Both the position numbers and the translations under genes were made by a program. Below, piece after piece: positions 49,223 to 62,900 of a stretch of 64,000 bases of DNA. The stretch's first letter is position 1, and the number at the start of each line of letters is the position of its first letter. The DNA is from Albugo candida (Eukaryota), in assembly GCA_040437565.1 (NCBI GenBank), contig JBDOQK010000005.1, forward strand, positions 744,001 through 808,000. The letters are read 5' to 3'. Below the pieces are notes generated by a model, which worked only from the letters and a program-made list of their open reading frames with translations, was not told the origin of the DNA and searched no databases.

Positions 49223-52200
49223 TCAGGATGCTTTTTTGATTGGAAATTCGAGTGCTTTGTATTGCGCTTCATCCCATAGAGCACCAAGCTCATGTACCAT
49301 TTTCTGCAAATTACGTGGCAACCCGTCTGTCTCTCTATCACTCACACCAACTTCTTCTGTACAATCGGACGAATTATTTTCTGCAGTTGCTTTACGCAGT
49401 AAAGCAAGGATATCGTGAGTATGTTCTTGCGTCTGTGAAGCATCAGCGATAACGCTGGAAGCAACTCGCTGTTTGAACGACTGCAAATTCATAATTTCTT
49501 CCTCCAAAGTGTTTTGAATGATCAAACGAAACACACGAACTGATTTCGTCTGTCCGAGTCGATGCGCTCGATCCATTGCCTGTAAATCCACAAAAGGATT
49601 CCACGAGTGCTCCAGGAAAATGACCGTATCGGCGCCCGTCAGTGTCAATCCGAGGCCACCGATCGACGTTGTCAATAACAAAATATCGATAGACGGATCC
49701 TCGTTGAATTTTCGACACTTTTCGTGGAACACGGAAGTCGGTAAAGTGCTTCGAAGTCGCGTGTATGTAAGGCGAGGGAAACACTCTTGAAACATTTGCT
49801 CCACAAAATCCAATGTCTCCTGCATGTGAGAAAAGATAAGACACCGGTGACCCGATGAGGCATTCGTATCCATTTCATCCTGCTCGGTGTCGTCGCTTGT
49901 GAAGCCACACGTATCATGCAAAAGATCTCGTAATGCTATCAGTTTTCCTGATTGACGCCAATTTGCGATAGAATTGCGCATTTTGGTGTCGACTAGCTCC
50001 AAGAGGTTCAGATACTGGTGTTTTGGTGAAGAGATGATCAAATTTGGATGAATACAAATTTTCTGCAAAAGCTGAAGCTGCTGGAACACGCCAGTGATTT
50101 TGGTCGAGCTGGAGTCTTGTAGAAAATGGATCGAAGAATCTGAGAGCTGTAAATGCTGTGCATGTCGGTAGATTTTGAATTGAAGCGCAGTAGCAGGGAC
50201 AAGAATATCAGAAATGATCTTTGGAGGTAGCTCTTTCAGCACCTGCTGTTTTGTACGTCGAAGGATAAATGGACTCACTTTGTCGTGTAGTTGCGTTATA
50301 GCCAAAGCTGCAAGCTCCTTTTGCTTGGCATTTGCATTTTTCTTCCTGGATTGTGCGATCGGGTTCACAAAAGAACGACGAAAATTTACGATCGAACCCA
50401 AGTAACACGGCATCAGAATTTGAAACAGCGACCAAAGATCCGCCACCTGATTTTGTATGGGTGTACCTGTCAACGCAAATCGATGTCGCGCACGCAGCTG
50501 AACCATTGCCGCAAATGCACAGGATTTAAAATTGCGGACCAGATGAGCTTCATCCAAGACGAGAAAAGTAAACATTTTTTGCTTCCAGTACTCGATCTCT
50601 GTCCGAATGACAGCATAACTTGCAATGATCAACCTTCTCCTTGGACCGAAAGGCTGCTCGAGTTGTTTACAAAGTTTACGCCGTGTGGCTGACGTACCAG
50701 AATACTCGACAACATCGTCAAAAGCATCCAAGAATCTTTTTTTGGCTTCCATAGCCCAATGGGAGGCGACAATGGGCGGACAAATCACAAGCGCCACCAA
50801 TGGCTCACAGTTTTGCGATGAGACCAGTTTCTCGAAGCACAAACTAATTGCGGTGAGCATTTGAAGCGTTTTTCCAAGTCCCATGTCATCGGCCAGGATT
50901 CCATGGAGATTGTATCGAATCAAAAATGAAAGCCAATTGATCCCGTCCTGTTGATACTCTCGCAGAACAGCATCACGAGCTAAAATAGGCTGCGCATCTT
51001 CTTTCTCGAAACATTTATTGCTCACCAGGCTTTCTAAAAATGCACGCGATTTCTTATTGTGTTCCAAAATGAGCTGTCTCATTTCATCAACAAGGGAGGA
51101 ATTGTCGATTGGTGGCGCTATTTCCAAATCCATTTTCAACGACATGAGAGGCACAAGTTCTGAAAATGATGCAGTAGCGAGATTTCGGGTGGATTCGTCC
51201 TGAGATGACATACTTTGCATTGCAAGATGCGTCAAACTTGGGATAAATGGTGTGATGAATGATCTCATTCTATGCAAAAGTTCGTGCAGCACTGCGATTG
51301 CACCATACTCGCGGCCAGCGATGAGACTCTGTGCTTTCCAATCAGAATTATTGGACTCACCAACCGCAGAAAAAATCCTTGTATAGACGAAAGCGATGGC
51401 GGTTTCTCGACTGGGCGATATAGAATGTGCACAAATGGATGCGATTCCCTTGGCAATGGCCATTCGACTGATTTCATTGTTTACCGATTGCGAAAAGAGA
51501 AGTCCAGCCAAGCCGCTTTCGATCCAAGGAATGATTGTAACGAAGGCACCACCATCAACATGCTGATTCAAAAACTGCAAAAGATAACTGCGCTGTCGTA
51601 GAAATATCTCCGTGCTTGTTATTTTGTCGAAATCTGCATTCCACATGTCTGTGATCAGAGCCTCCAGCATTGGAAACTTGACGAAAATATCTGCCCCTGC
51701 ACCTTTGCATATAAACGTCAGCGCTTGCTCGGCACCACGGATTCGAATCTGAAGCTCATTGGGGGCTGTGTTGTCGTCATGATCTTGAGCTGTCTCTTTA
51801 TCCTCCTGAAAAATGGCCGACATGGTCGAATGACACAAATTTCCGACAATTTTAGTGACACATCCACGCTGACTGACCGATTGTGAAATGACAAAATCAG
51901 CCAAAACCTGAGCAGCCAGCTGTTGATACGTCGAAGAGGCTTCAAATTTCAGTGTGTTCATAAGAGCTTTGACCAGAAAACCAGGCTTCTTCGATGGTAT
52001 TGGTAGCAAACGACAGTATGCAGCGCATTCCAAACAACGCACTCGAATGTAATGTTTGGTATAAAGTTGCTGAATCGATTCATCAAGGGCGAAAAGATCC
52101 TGTCGTTTGTAATGTGCCAACTCGTATTCTTCCTTCTTTCCAAGATCATCGTACGATAACGACGATGCAAACTCTGCCAATTCTCGAGAGAACTTTGCAG

Positions 52201-55200
52201 CAGATAAAATTTTGTCGTTTTTGTATGGAAGCGAGGTATTCCAACAAGGGATTGAAATGTTGGACGTATGGAAAATCGATGTGAGACGCTCCATCATCCG
52301 AAAAGCTCGCTGTAGCATTTCGTGTACCTCAGTGAATGCGATCCGCTCGTATTCGCTTGCAGCATTATATCTTTCCAAATAGTGTTCATTAGACCCAAAA
52401 CCAAAACTCTTCTCTTCTCTCGCCCGCTGCTCAATCAATGGACCGAAAGTGGCTTGCAGTGCTTTGTACATTGACATACTCTGCGTGTCTAGTCCATTCC
52501 AATCATCATCGTTTCCTGCATATCCTGCCCAATGCGTGAGTACAAGCAGAGAAGAGCTCTGTTGTTGGCCTGACAATGACGAGAGTCCTTCGAGAAGCTG
52601 TGTTTGCATTACGGTGTAAGCCTCGCTTTCGGGGCACAAACGAGATGCCATGAATCCAAGCGCCTCGGCGTATGCAGCAAAAGTGTAATCATCATCTTGA
52701 TTGCACGAGAACGCTGAGACCCGACAATCCTGAGCTGAATCGTGCAAAGGAGGCAAGATATCTAAAACGTGTTTATCGGACGTGTTCTGAAGGATCTTTA
52801 GCCAGATACTCGCTGAATTGCTGACAATTTCATGGAATACAGCTGCCATTTTTGAAGAGACTTTTCTGCAAGGACGAGCGATTGCTTGTATGAAACTCTT
52901 CCAAGCATTCGTGACCATCTGTGCAGTATCTTTATCTCGTTCAACAAGTATTTGCAGCAGCAAATGCGATAAGCTGTAATGGAGCGATGGCTGTAGCAAT
53001 ACTCCCAAAGCACTTTTATCGCTCATACATTCTTCTTTGAGTTTGCATAAAGCTATAATGCACTTTGCGGTTGCCAAGCGAATGGATGCGGTTGGATTAT
53101 GAAGAAATGGAGTCACACGTACAAGTTGCTGTAATGCAGCGGGAAAAGTTGACATTCTCGTTTTCAATCGTTCGCTCAATGACTTGGAATTGTACCATGC
53201 ACTCAATGTGTGAATCATTGCTGCCGGTAAGACACTTGCTACTTGACTTTGATATCCTGCCAATAAGCTCCACAATAGTTCCAAGGCTCGAACAAGCTTC
53301 TCGATCGCAACGCTCGCAGAATATTCGATACAATCCTCCAGCATGCTTATAGCCACAGCAATAACGTCTTCCTCAACACGGATCGAGCTACCAGTAATAG
53401 CTGTATTCGCCTTAATCATTGGGTCTAGAATGTCATCCATCAGAAGAGGGAGGAGTTTCTCTGCGTTCTCTGGATGAGCTCGAATAAGATACTTCAAACC
53501 TAACAGTCCACCGTGCCACGCATGCCATGTGGCTCCTTGCAGCAAATATCGAAGCCCTTGAAAGTACTCCAACAAGATAGAATGGTCGCTAAGATATCCC
53601 AGCAAGATGCCAAATACTTGGGCACAAACATCTCGCACGGGCGCTACTGAAGAGTCTGAAGAGTAATCAGCGAATTGATCCAGTGCTAAGACGCACATGG
53701 ACCGAATCAAGCACTCTTGTAGCCATGCGTCCTGAACTCGAGACACTTTTTTTGATAGTTTGGGAGAATCACTCGCTTTCGCTGCCAATTGCATGAAAAA
53801 TAGTCGTAAAGCAGTGAACGCCCCGTGACGTATTTCCCATTTGGCGTCAAAAACACATTCAAACAAATCTGTCACCAGCTTTGCAACATGCTCGAGTATG
53901 ATGTCGTTTCCTCCGATTCCCCCAGGTTTTGCATCGACCTTGTGTCTCCTTGTTTCATTTTCGAGATTTAAAAGCTCTATTGCTTTGCGCTTTTCGGCTT
54001 TGACGTATCCAAAGCAATTCTTTTTTTCATTGTCTTTCCGACAGAATTCCTCACTTTTTTCAATTTCGGATGCAAGCGCCCGAACATCTGCGACCACAAC
54101 TGTCAGCTACATTGAAATAATTCCATCGAGCTGATTGCACGCACGGTCTCTATTCAAGTTGGGCAACATCCTGATTGCCAGCTCATCTTCGCCCGAGTTC
54201 CANNNNNNNNNNNNNNNNNNNNNNNNNNNNNNNNNNNNNNNNNNNNNNNNNNNNNNNNNNNNNNNNNNNNNNNNNNNNNNNNNNNNNNNNNNNNNNNNNN
54301 NNTTTTTTCATTGTCTTTCCGACAGAATTCCTCACTTTTTTCAATTTCGGATGCAAGCGCCCGAACATCTGCGACCACAACTGTCAGCTACATTGAAATA
54401 ATTCCATCGAGCTGATTGCACGCACGGTCTCTATTCAAGTTGGGCAACATCCTGATTGCCAGCTCATCTTCGCCCGAGTTCCAAATCGAGTCCATCCCGC
54501 AGACTCGATGCAATAATAGTCGCCTTTGTTTGAAGGCTTGAACTCGACGGTCTGCGTCAGATACGCACATTTGATAGCTGTACTCCTGAGAGACGCATCA
54601 GACAAAATATGACCATAATGAAAGCAAGTCGATTACCTCTCCGCCAGCACGTAACAAAGGAGCGCCTTCGTGCACCACACGCTTCAAATTTACGGTTTCC
54701 ATACTCAACGCATGCACTTTGGTCGTCTCTGAATGATCAATTCCTACTGAGAATAAGACCTTAGCCTTCTCCTTCAATCAGCGATCAAATTCGCACACGA
54801 AACGTAGGCAATGCGCTGAAAGACGATGCCAATGCAGTTAGAATCGAAGGCCGTTCTCTCTTCGATTAAATAGCGAGCGATTGGGCTGAGCGCATGAGCT
54901 GCTGCAACTCGTATGTCCCATTCCACCGACAGAAACAAAGGACGCAACTAAAGTTGTAACACGTGGAAAACAGTCTCAAAATACTGAAATAGAGCTCACC
55001 TTTGCAATTATACCGATAGCGAATTCTGGCAACGTTATCGCTACTTCACCGAGTTTTTCTGCTGCATATTGGCGTATTTCGGAACAACTGCCTTCTACAT
55101 TCTTAACACGCTATTGCTAAAGCTTTTGCATACGCTACACTCAAAAAAGAACCTTGCACAAGGTGAAAAAGACTTTCAAGACGACTCGACTGAGCGGAAT

Positions 55201-55240
55201 CCGGAATTGCCGACGGCGAATCGCTTGATTGACCATTCAT
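49223..55240 (-). CDS. BTAF1: Mot1/BTAF1 TBP-associated SNF2 ATPase, multi-exon 5' end
   Basis: 5' exons MNGQ..SSRLESLFHLVQ|EGSCSEIRQYAAEKLGEVA; WEIRHGA, LALDQFADYSSD..VAPVRD; LREYQQDGINWL..LHGILADDMGLGKTLQ, LDEAH, LTGTPIQN, GGLGLTLTGADTVIF, QAMDRAHRLGQ. Confidence 0.95.
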
Positions 55241-55266
55241 TGGTAGAAAGTAAATAATGACGATCG

Positions 55267-56523
55267 CTAATGCTCGATGGCCTTAATAACCACTCTTTCT
55301 TGCGTCTTGTCTAAAGGAGGGCTGGTATAATTCACACAGGAGCGCTTGAAATTCTCTGCCCACATCCGCTCGAATAACTCACGCTCGTGTCGCGGTTGTG
55401 GTGGTCGCATTTCTTTCGGAAGCTGCGCCGATGGTCGATACTCGATTGGATTGGTTGGCCGAGTATTCACTTTGCCCAAAAAGCCTCCCAAAAAATTGAT
55501 CAAAACAACGGCCTCGCTCGACTCGTACATTAATTCTCGCATAAAATTCTCCAAAGTGATACATTTTTGATGAAGATAGGAAGGCTCCAAGCGATTAAAC
55601 CATCTCGTGTCGATGCTTTTCCACGCGGAAAGTGTTCGTTCGTATTTGTCAATAGGCAAGGTTTTGGCCAACTCGCCAAACTCAGAGTATCGACGCCAGT
55701 CGGCATAAAAGTCTTTGCCTAGCTTGAAGGTGATCAGATACTGAGCATGCCTATCTGTACCGGATCGAGACTGAACGATCCGAAATTTTGGTATTGAGAT
55801 TGTCCCCGACACAACCTTTTGTTTCCCATCAATGACAATCGTAAACGTCTTATGAGCTGCTGTGATCCGCGTATTGGCTTGTTCATCACCCAAAACGTGA
55901 ACAGCATTGCCACTATCTACTAATCCAAGCTCCACGCTTAATTTTCGTCTTAGTGATTGCAAGGATCCATCAGCTCCCCAGCTTTCACTACTGCTATCGA
56001 TATCAGCAAACCATCCCCAATCAGCACTACTTTCTTTGCTCAGGGCTGATGATGTTCGGACCCTATTCTGATTACCTACAGTCAGTATTCAAAACATATT
56101 AGAAAGCGAGCGGATCAAGACTAAAAGGTCTCGCTTACGCGGAGATAGGAAGACTGTACCACTTGCCCGCAATAAATCAGTCTTCATCACGCGTGTGTCC
56201 GATGTATTCATATATGTCGCAATCACATCCACAATTGGTCGACCACGAAAGCTGAAATTTGCTGAATCCCCACAATAGGAAAAAGAAGAAGATCTTGCTT
56301 CAGGAATTACCGGAACGCCGATCGCCTCCATGGATGTCGTTGTCATGCAATGAGGCATTACCTTACTTGCATCGAATTTCGCACCTATTTCATGCTTCGT
56401 TCGCTCCTCGATTTCTTCTTCTCCATGATCAGAGGACAACATATTCTTTTCTTTGACTAGCGGTAATTGCTGGACATGGTGCTCGGTCGACTGGCTCACA
56501 CTTTGTGGCGGATATTCAGTCAT
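55267..56523 (-). CDS. PX-domain-containing protein, 2 exons
   Basis: ORF 56089-56523 splices (intron ~56076-56159) into the frame of 55267-55962. PX signature ISIPKFRIV..HAQYLI..WRRYSEFGELAK..LENFMREL. Confidence 0.75.
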
Positions 56524-56806
56524 TTTGATGGTGATTTGCCCTACTTTGGTACACAGGTAAAGTCAATGATTGGTATCCACGAGTGGTTTGGTCTTTTGTG
56601 CTGTATAATTACGTAGGGTTCAGATTTTGCTTCAAATGCGACCACAATCCTTCACAAAGTTTCTGTCAACTTAATTCGTAACGTCTTCTTTCGTACTTAA
56701 CGAGTATGTCGTTTGATTGTTGAAGATACGGGTTACTTCACCCTATACTAGATGATTGATTGGCTAAAAATGTACCAATCAAGATCAAGATGTAACTCAA
56801 AATAAA

Positions 56807-57360
56807 ATGGTGCCCGAGAAGCGATATTTGTTGATACTCTTCATTATTGGGATCGTGCTCAAAAGAGTCGTAAAGGTACAGCGGCTCAATATGAGGTGAG
56901 ATCTACGACTATCTGGTATTCTAGGACTATGCAGGAACAAATGCCTCGATTCTTCTACTCGTACTCCTTGGAACAGTGTACTGGTGGCGGCAAAGTCGGA
57001 ATGATTATCAGACCAACGAAATTCGGAAATTAGAGCGAGAAACTACAGCCAAGCTGAAGGCTCTGTATAACGAACAAGGTTTACCTGGGGACGAGATAAT
57101 GAAAACTCGACCCACCCATTTCCAGCTATTGCCTCGGGACGCTGCGCTCATCACGTAAGTTTTAAGTCGCTTTGCACTGTCTATATCTGAGTATTGAATG
57201 GGTAATTGATAGGGATAAAATGCATATGCATTCCCGTAAATTAAGTGGAAGTCGTTCTGAAAGACGAAGATTCTTGCAAAAGCGAAAGAACGAGATTACT
57301 TCGTCTGATAAGCGTGACCTAGATGAGATAATAGAAGAAGCCGTCAATGCAACTCTGTGA
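56807..57360 (+). CDS. Small protein with two N-terminal hydrophobic segments, 3 exons (hypothetical)
   Basis: Manual splicing MVPEKRYLLILFIIGIVLKRVVK|DYAGTNASILLLVLLGTVYWWRQS..AALI|TDKMHMH..NATL* using two canonical GT-AG introns, frame preserved. Confidence 0.65.
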
Positions 57361-57856
57361 ACTATTCCACATTATGTGCTTTATTAATGCTCACACCATC
57401 TGATCTTTGGCCTACAGCTACCTCTGCGACAGATTCTTTGCACGTTAGGGCTAAGTGGTGATAATTGACTCAACTGCGTCTACTTGCAAAAGTGCTCGAT
57501 ACCATAAAAGTCAAAAAGCAAGCAACTGACCTGCATAACACTAAAGTAATTCATTGGCCAAAGTGACTTGATGAAGTAATTGGACTCGAAGCACACATTT
57601 TCGCACTGAGGGTGCTGTCCAACGCAATAACTGGTGCTGATTGATCCTTTATATCGTGAGACAATCATCCGAAAGCTTCATAGTGACTAGGTTATATTTG
57701 CTAAAAAATATAGCAAGCTGTTTTTGACCCAGGTNNNNNNNNNNNNNNNNNNNNNNNNNNNNNNNNNNNNNNNNNNNNNNNNNNNNNNNNNNNNNNNNNN
57801 NNNNNNNNNNNNNNNNNNNNNNNNNNNNNNNNNNCCGAAAGCTTCATAGTGACTAG

Positions 57857-58664
57857 GTTATATTTGCTAAAAAATATAGCAAGCTGTTTTTGACCCAGGT
57901 GCCATCCATCTGTTGATTATTACCCATCTTTACGTGTACAGATACAAGTACATTGTATGGCCGTTGGACTTGCGAAATTTTTGATGAATGCTTTCGACTT
58001 CGATAGCGTTCTTACTGTAAAAATATGCCAAACGTCTACTTCGCTTCCAAAACTTGAAATTCGTCGACTTCGCGCTTTGACAAAGATTCCGTTGTTCATT
58101 CTGTCTGCATCTGATGCAGCGATGATTTCACATAAGCCACAGCGAGTAATGTCACCACTTCCAAGCAATAGAAAAGTGGCAAGATGGACATCTCTGGATA
58201 ATAATGACAACGGGGAAAGTTCGACTTCAAAATCTGATTTAGTGTCGATCAATGAAGCTTTAGAATCACTTGAACAAANNNNNNNNNNNNNNNNNNNNNN
58301 NNNNNNNNNNNNNNNNNNNNNNNNNNNNNNNNNNNNNNNNNNNNNNNNNNNNNNNNNNNNNNNNNNNNNNNNNNNNNNCATTCTGTCTGCATCTGATGCA
58401 GCGATGATTTCACATAAGCCACAGCGAGTAATGTCACCACTTCCAAGCAATAGAAAAGTGGCAAGATGGACATCTCTGGATAATAATGACAACGGGGAAA
58501 GTTCGACTTCAAAATCTGATTTAGTGTCGATCAATGAAGCTTTAGAATCACTTGAACAAACTCTATCCAGAGCCAATTGGGAGTTATATGGCATGAAGCA
58601 AGCTTTGTTGAGTTCGGTTCGCAGCGGCAATCGTGGCAGTGAGAAGAATCTTATTTTGGATTGA
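57857..58664 (+). CDS. Hypothetical protein C-terminal part or gene remnant
   Basis: ORF 57957-58664 (containing a gap duplication) with a short coiled coil. An upstream micro-exon VIFAKKYSKLFLTQ splices in frame, but no clean earlier exon was found. Confidence 0.4.
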
Positions 58665-59599
58665 ATAAACGTGATGTTACGCTTACCCGTCGATTACTTA
58701 TTCTCGAAATTTTACAACTTTAAGTTGACTTTGCTCCTTTTCCGCAACTGTTGGAGCACCAAATTCGCTTCCAATTTGCATATACCCCATCGTGATCCGT
58801 ACTCATCTGGCAGATCTGGAGCTCGGCTTGTGCCTTCATTGCAGCATTTGCGCCCGATTCTCAAGCCAGAAACAGCTAGTGAGTTAGTAGAGCGTCATTT
58901 GTAGCCTACAAAGTGCGCTACAATATGCCTGTAAGCAATTAAATGCTCAGCGCATTACGCCTATAACGTACGCTTTTAAAGAATACGTTCAGTTTACAAT
59001 GATAATGAGACGCGTCAGTTTCTCGATAACTTCGGAGAGGCGATATTGAGTTACAGTTTACCGTCGTATTCAACTTTCTATGCTCCTACAATTGTGTAGG
59101 AGTCGTTTGTCATTGCATACTGAAAAGTAAGCTCCGCTATTTGTGTGCGATCAGCGGGCGCGACTATCTTCCATGCTGAGGCTAATGTGCCCGCAAAAGG
59201 ATGCAACAACAAGGGCACAAGGATATGAGAAGGATAGATAGAGCTTTTTTATGCTGTATGCAGCATATATAATAATCGCCCGGGTCTATCGATTACAATT
59301 TTCGTCCGCTCTCAACGCCTTTAGATTTTGGCCAAGGCAAACACATACTCGTCACAATTGGATCACATGCACAAGTGTTTCAATGCGATGACATACCTTA
59401 TGGCAGATCCCACAAATTCAAGCTTTTGATCGTGCTTTACGATNNNNNNNNNNNNNNNNNNNNNNNNNNNNNNNNNNNNNNNNNNNNNNNNNNNNNNNNN
59501 NNNNNNNNNNNNNNNNNNNNNNNNNNNNNNNNNNNNNNNNNNNCTCAACGCCTTTAGATTTTGGCCAAGGCAAACACATACTCGTCACAATTGGATCAC

Positions 59600-59965
59600 A
59601 TGCACAAGTGTTTCAATGCGATGACATACCTTATGGCAGATCCCACAAATTCAAGCTTTTGATCGTGCTTTACGATTGTACAGAAGGCATGTCTTCAAAT
59701 CAAAACACCAAAACCGTTCAAAATATTTTCCATGAGCAGGTCCATTGATCATACAAAGTCCGAGCGGACATCGAAGTGAAAAGAGTGTGCATGTGGTATC
59801 GACGCCGTCTGCAATTTCGTCATATGAACCATCGACTTGTTGAATCGAAGCTTTTCTACCAAAGTGATCATTGACACTAAACTTTTTGCTTATAACGTAG
59901 AATCGAAGGATTTTCTTCACATCGAATTTCGATGATAGCCACGCCTTCTGACTTACTGCATTCAA
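59600..59965 (-). pseudogene. Decayed SP-RING (MIZ zinc finger) PIAS/Siz-type SUMO E3 ligase fragment
   Basis: FSLRCPLGLCMINGPAHGKYFERFWCFDLKTCLLYNRKARSKA*ICGICHK versus the consensus SLxCPL....I..P.RG..CxHxQCFD....W.CPxC. TGA sits at the conserved Trp, and the Cys and His ligands are lost. Confidence 0.75.
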
Positions 59966-62900
59966 ATTAAGCGAAATTCACGGAGAACCTTTTCGTGTGA
60001 CCGGGTATTGATCGCCGTATAAGTATAATTGATGTCATCAATCCGTTGACACCAATGAACGTTCCGGTCGACCAGCAATGTCCTCTTCATCAAATCTTGA
60101 CGTCGAAACATCGCAATCAAAGCTACAGTGAGCAGAATTATTATGTAGATTTTGCGAATTAGGATATATTCCAATCAAAACGCACACGAAGAGTTGATTA
60201 GTCGAACAAGATAAGCTTTAAACTTTACACGACTTCTTTCCTCTATCTAAAGAATAGATCCAATTGTTCTGATCGACAGAACTTTTATTGATTGCTAATT
60301 AAGTCGATTGTCAATTGAGCGTTAACATTCTACTGATGGCAATCTGTGTGCACTTTGAGACCGCACGCAATCCAGCTGACGATAAGGTGTTCAAGTGGAG
60401 GTCCTGTATGAGATGAAGAAGTTATGGTTCATTGAGGTACCTTCTTGCACGAGATACACTCGTCCCACACTTGTGACAATCTAAATTTCTACATGGAAGG
60501 ATTACACACGAAGGGAAAACAATCCAATGCTGACGCTTTTCGTCAATCACGTTAAATTCCCTTGAGCCAGTTTCAATGTGTACAATGCGACACTATCTGT
60601 TCGATTGCATCAGATAACTCACAGAATCACATTTATCTCAATCGCTTTTGTAATAATAACCATTTTCAAGAACTGACTACTTCTTCTTCTATTGTCTTCG
60701 TTGCCACCATATTCCAAACCTTTTCCAGCATCACTATGCGACGACAAACGACTCACAAACCAGCGCTGTCGTCAGATGGCGCCCTGCATCAGACGATCGT
60801 GTGGTTCTCTTTGTAATATATGTCGAGTAAAATCGCATGCAGCAGGCGACACAAGTGTTGGGACACATATCGGACGCTCGATGATCTGCTTCGCAGTCTT
60901 ATTCCGATCCTACTGTTCGAGGAGAAATCTCAATTTCCATAAGAGTACAACTGGACATGTGAACGTACACGATCAAACACTGATAGAAAATCGGGCCAAC
61001 TGAGGACAATATCGCGTTTGTGTATTACGAATGCAGAAAGTCAAAAGAGTCTGATTGTGACAGCTATCTTGTCCAACACACAGATGTATACTTCGTTTAC
61101 GAGGTCAAATCAACAACAGGCGGATATGTTTGTATGCGCCAGGTACGTTTTGAAGCGTGTAAGAGTTGCTCAATCAACAGACATCCTGGAAGACTCTTCC
61201 GAGTAATCATATAGTGAACAGCTGATTTGGACTGTGGAACATAAAGTCCGATTGATATAGAAATCTTCATAAGGCTTTAACGATGTGCACTGGCTAAGTT
61301 ATCAGATGCACGTGCTGCGAACACCAAGTCCCTATGTTAAGTGCTACGGTTCAAGTAATAATTGCTTTATGATAAAATGACGTACAGGCGGTTCTTCACT
61401 GATGACACTCCATTTTCTCAATTACAATTCGCATGAATTCTTCCTCATGAATGCAGTTGTTTAACATTGCACGCCGTTTATACCAAAACTGAGAGCCTTT
61501 TGCCAATACAGCGCATTTTGCCATTTATTCAATATATTGCGCAAACCGAACGCGTTTCTCACATGTCATATGAGTAGCTCGAAGGAGCGAGCAGTTCATA
61601 TATCCGAATTCCAAGTTCATAAAAGGGTAGAAGCTCAGTTGATGTTGAACATTCTTAACAAACATCAGTCGACTTTTGCTTTCAACTCCTGAAGGCAGGC
61701 TTCACATCGTATACGATTCAAACATATCTGCTTCTTGTTTTAATTGTGAGATAGTGGCGCGGTCTTCAGCGGTAGCGAAGTCATGCCTGCAGCTCGTGTG
61801 AAGCCTCTGTAAGAGTTTGAACGTGATCTATTAGCTGTCCCCGAGACGGAGTGAACAACCCACACCAATATTGTGCTATCTGAAGTGCTAGTAACACTCC
61901 GACGATTCTAAAGTGCCCTCCCGATTTGCATTCTGAGACTGAATCGATTTGACGGTACCCCCCGAAGCATAACTCATCATCACCATCCATCAAACGATCA
62001 TATCGTCACAAGTCCAGCAAGGTTGTGAAGTGGATCCAAAAAAGCAATGGCGTTTGTTCAGTTCGATTTCTTTGTGCAGATGCTTCTCCTTCGCCCGAAC
62101 ATCCGCAGCAAATTCGAATTGAGGGATATCGTTCAAAATATAGTAATATAATCGCATCTCTTGCTATAGCTTTCTTCACAGGAAACATCATTAAATACCC
62201 AAATACCACACTCATTGATTTGAAGGGTAGGAGAGCGTTGATCCTGGCATTCGGATAGAACGTGCATAAGACTTCAGAATCGTATGCTCGACAAAAAAGT
62301 GGATAGTAGCAAGTACAAAAATTGATTTCGTCATCACCCATCTCCAACCCAGCCATCGGATGTGCTGCAAATTATGTCGGCTTATTCTAAGAGATATTCT
62401 AAACTTTTTTCATATGATAGATCAGAACTCAAGAATTCTTAGAACATTCAACGTCGCAATTGTACGTGTTATAGCGAATTTAATTCATATGGGCATGCTG
62501 CATCCGCGTGACTACATTTCCACAGCATATATTTTTGAAAAATGGAGCGAACAGTCGGATGATTTTTTCTTTTATTGGATCGACAATAATCGAAAGGAGT
62601 TAGTAGCATGATTCTCAGTCTGACTTGTACGAGAGCTCTCTCGGCCCTATAATCAGGATGATGATTTGAGAACTCTCTATTAGGAAGAATAGAACGAAAG
62701 ACTTTGTGGCAATTCATCTATCCTTTCATCTTTGGTCTGAACGGACATCCTCATCGAATTATCTACATTTATGTAGCGTCGATCTTGATGACTCAGATTC
62801 TTTGAAAAAGGCTAAAATTGCGCATTCATATCGACTTTGATGAAGTAACGTTTGATATCTTGAAGATTTCAAGTTTATTTGAGCGGAAGTGCCCGACCTG

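Noticed and set aside
59083-59102. Hairpin ctcctaca-attg-tgtaggag
   Set aside because: Chance-level stem length with no supporting context.
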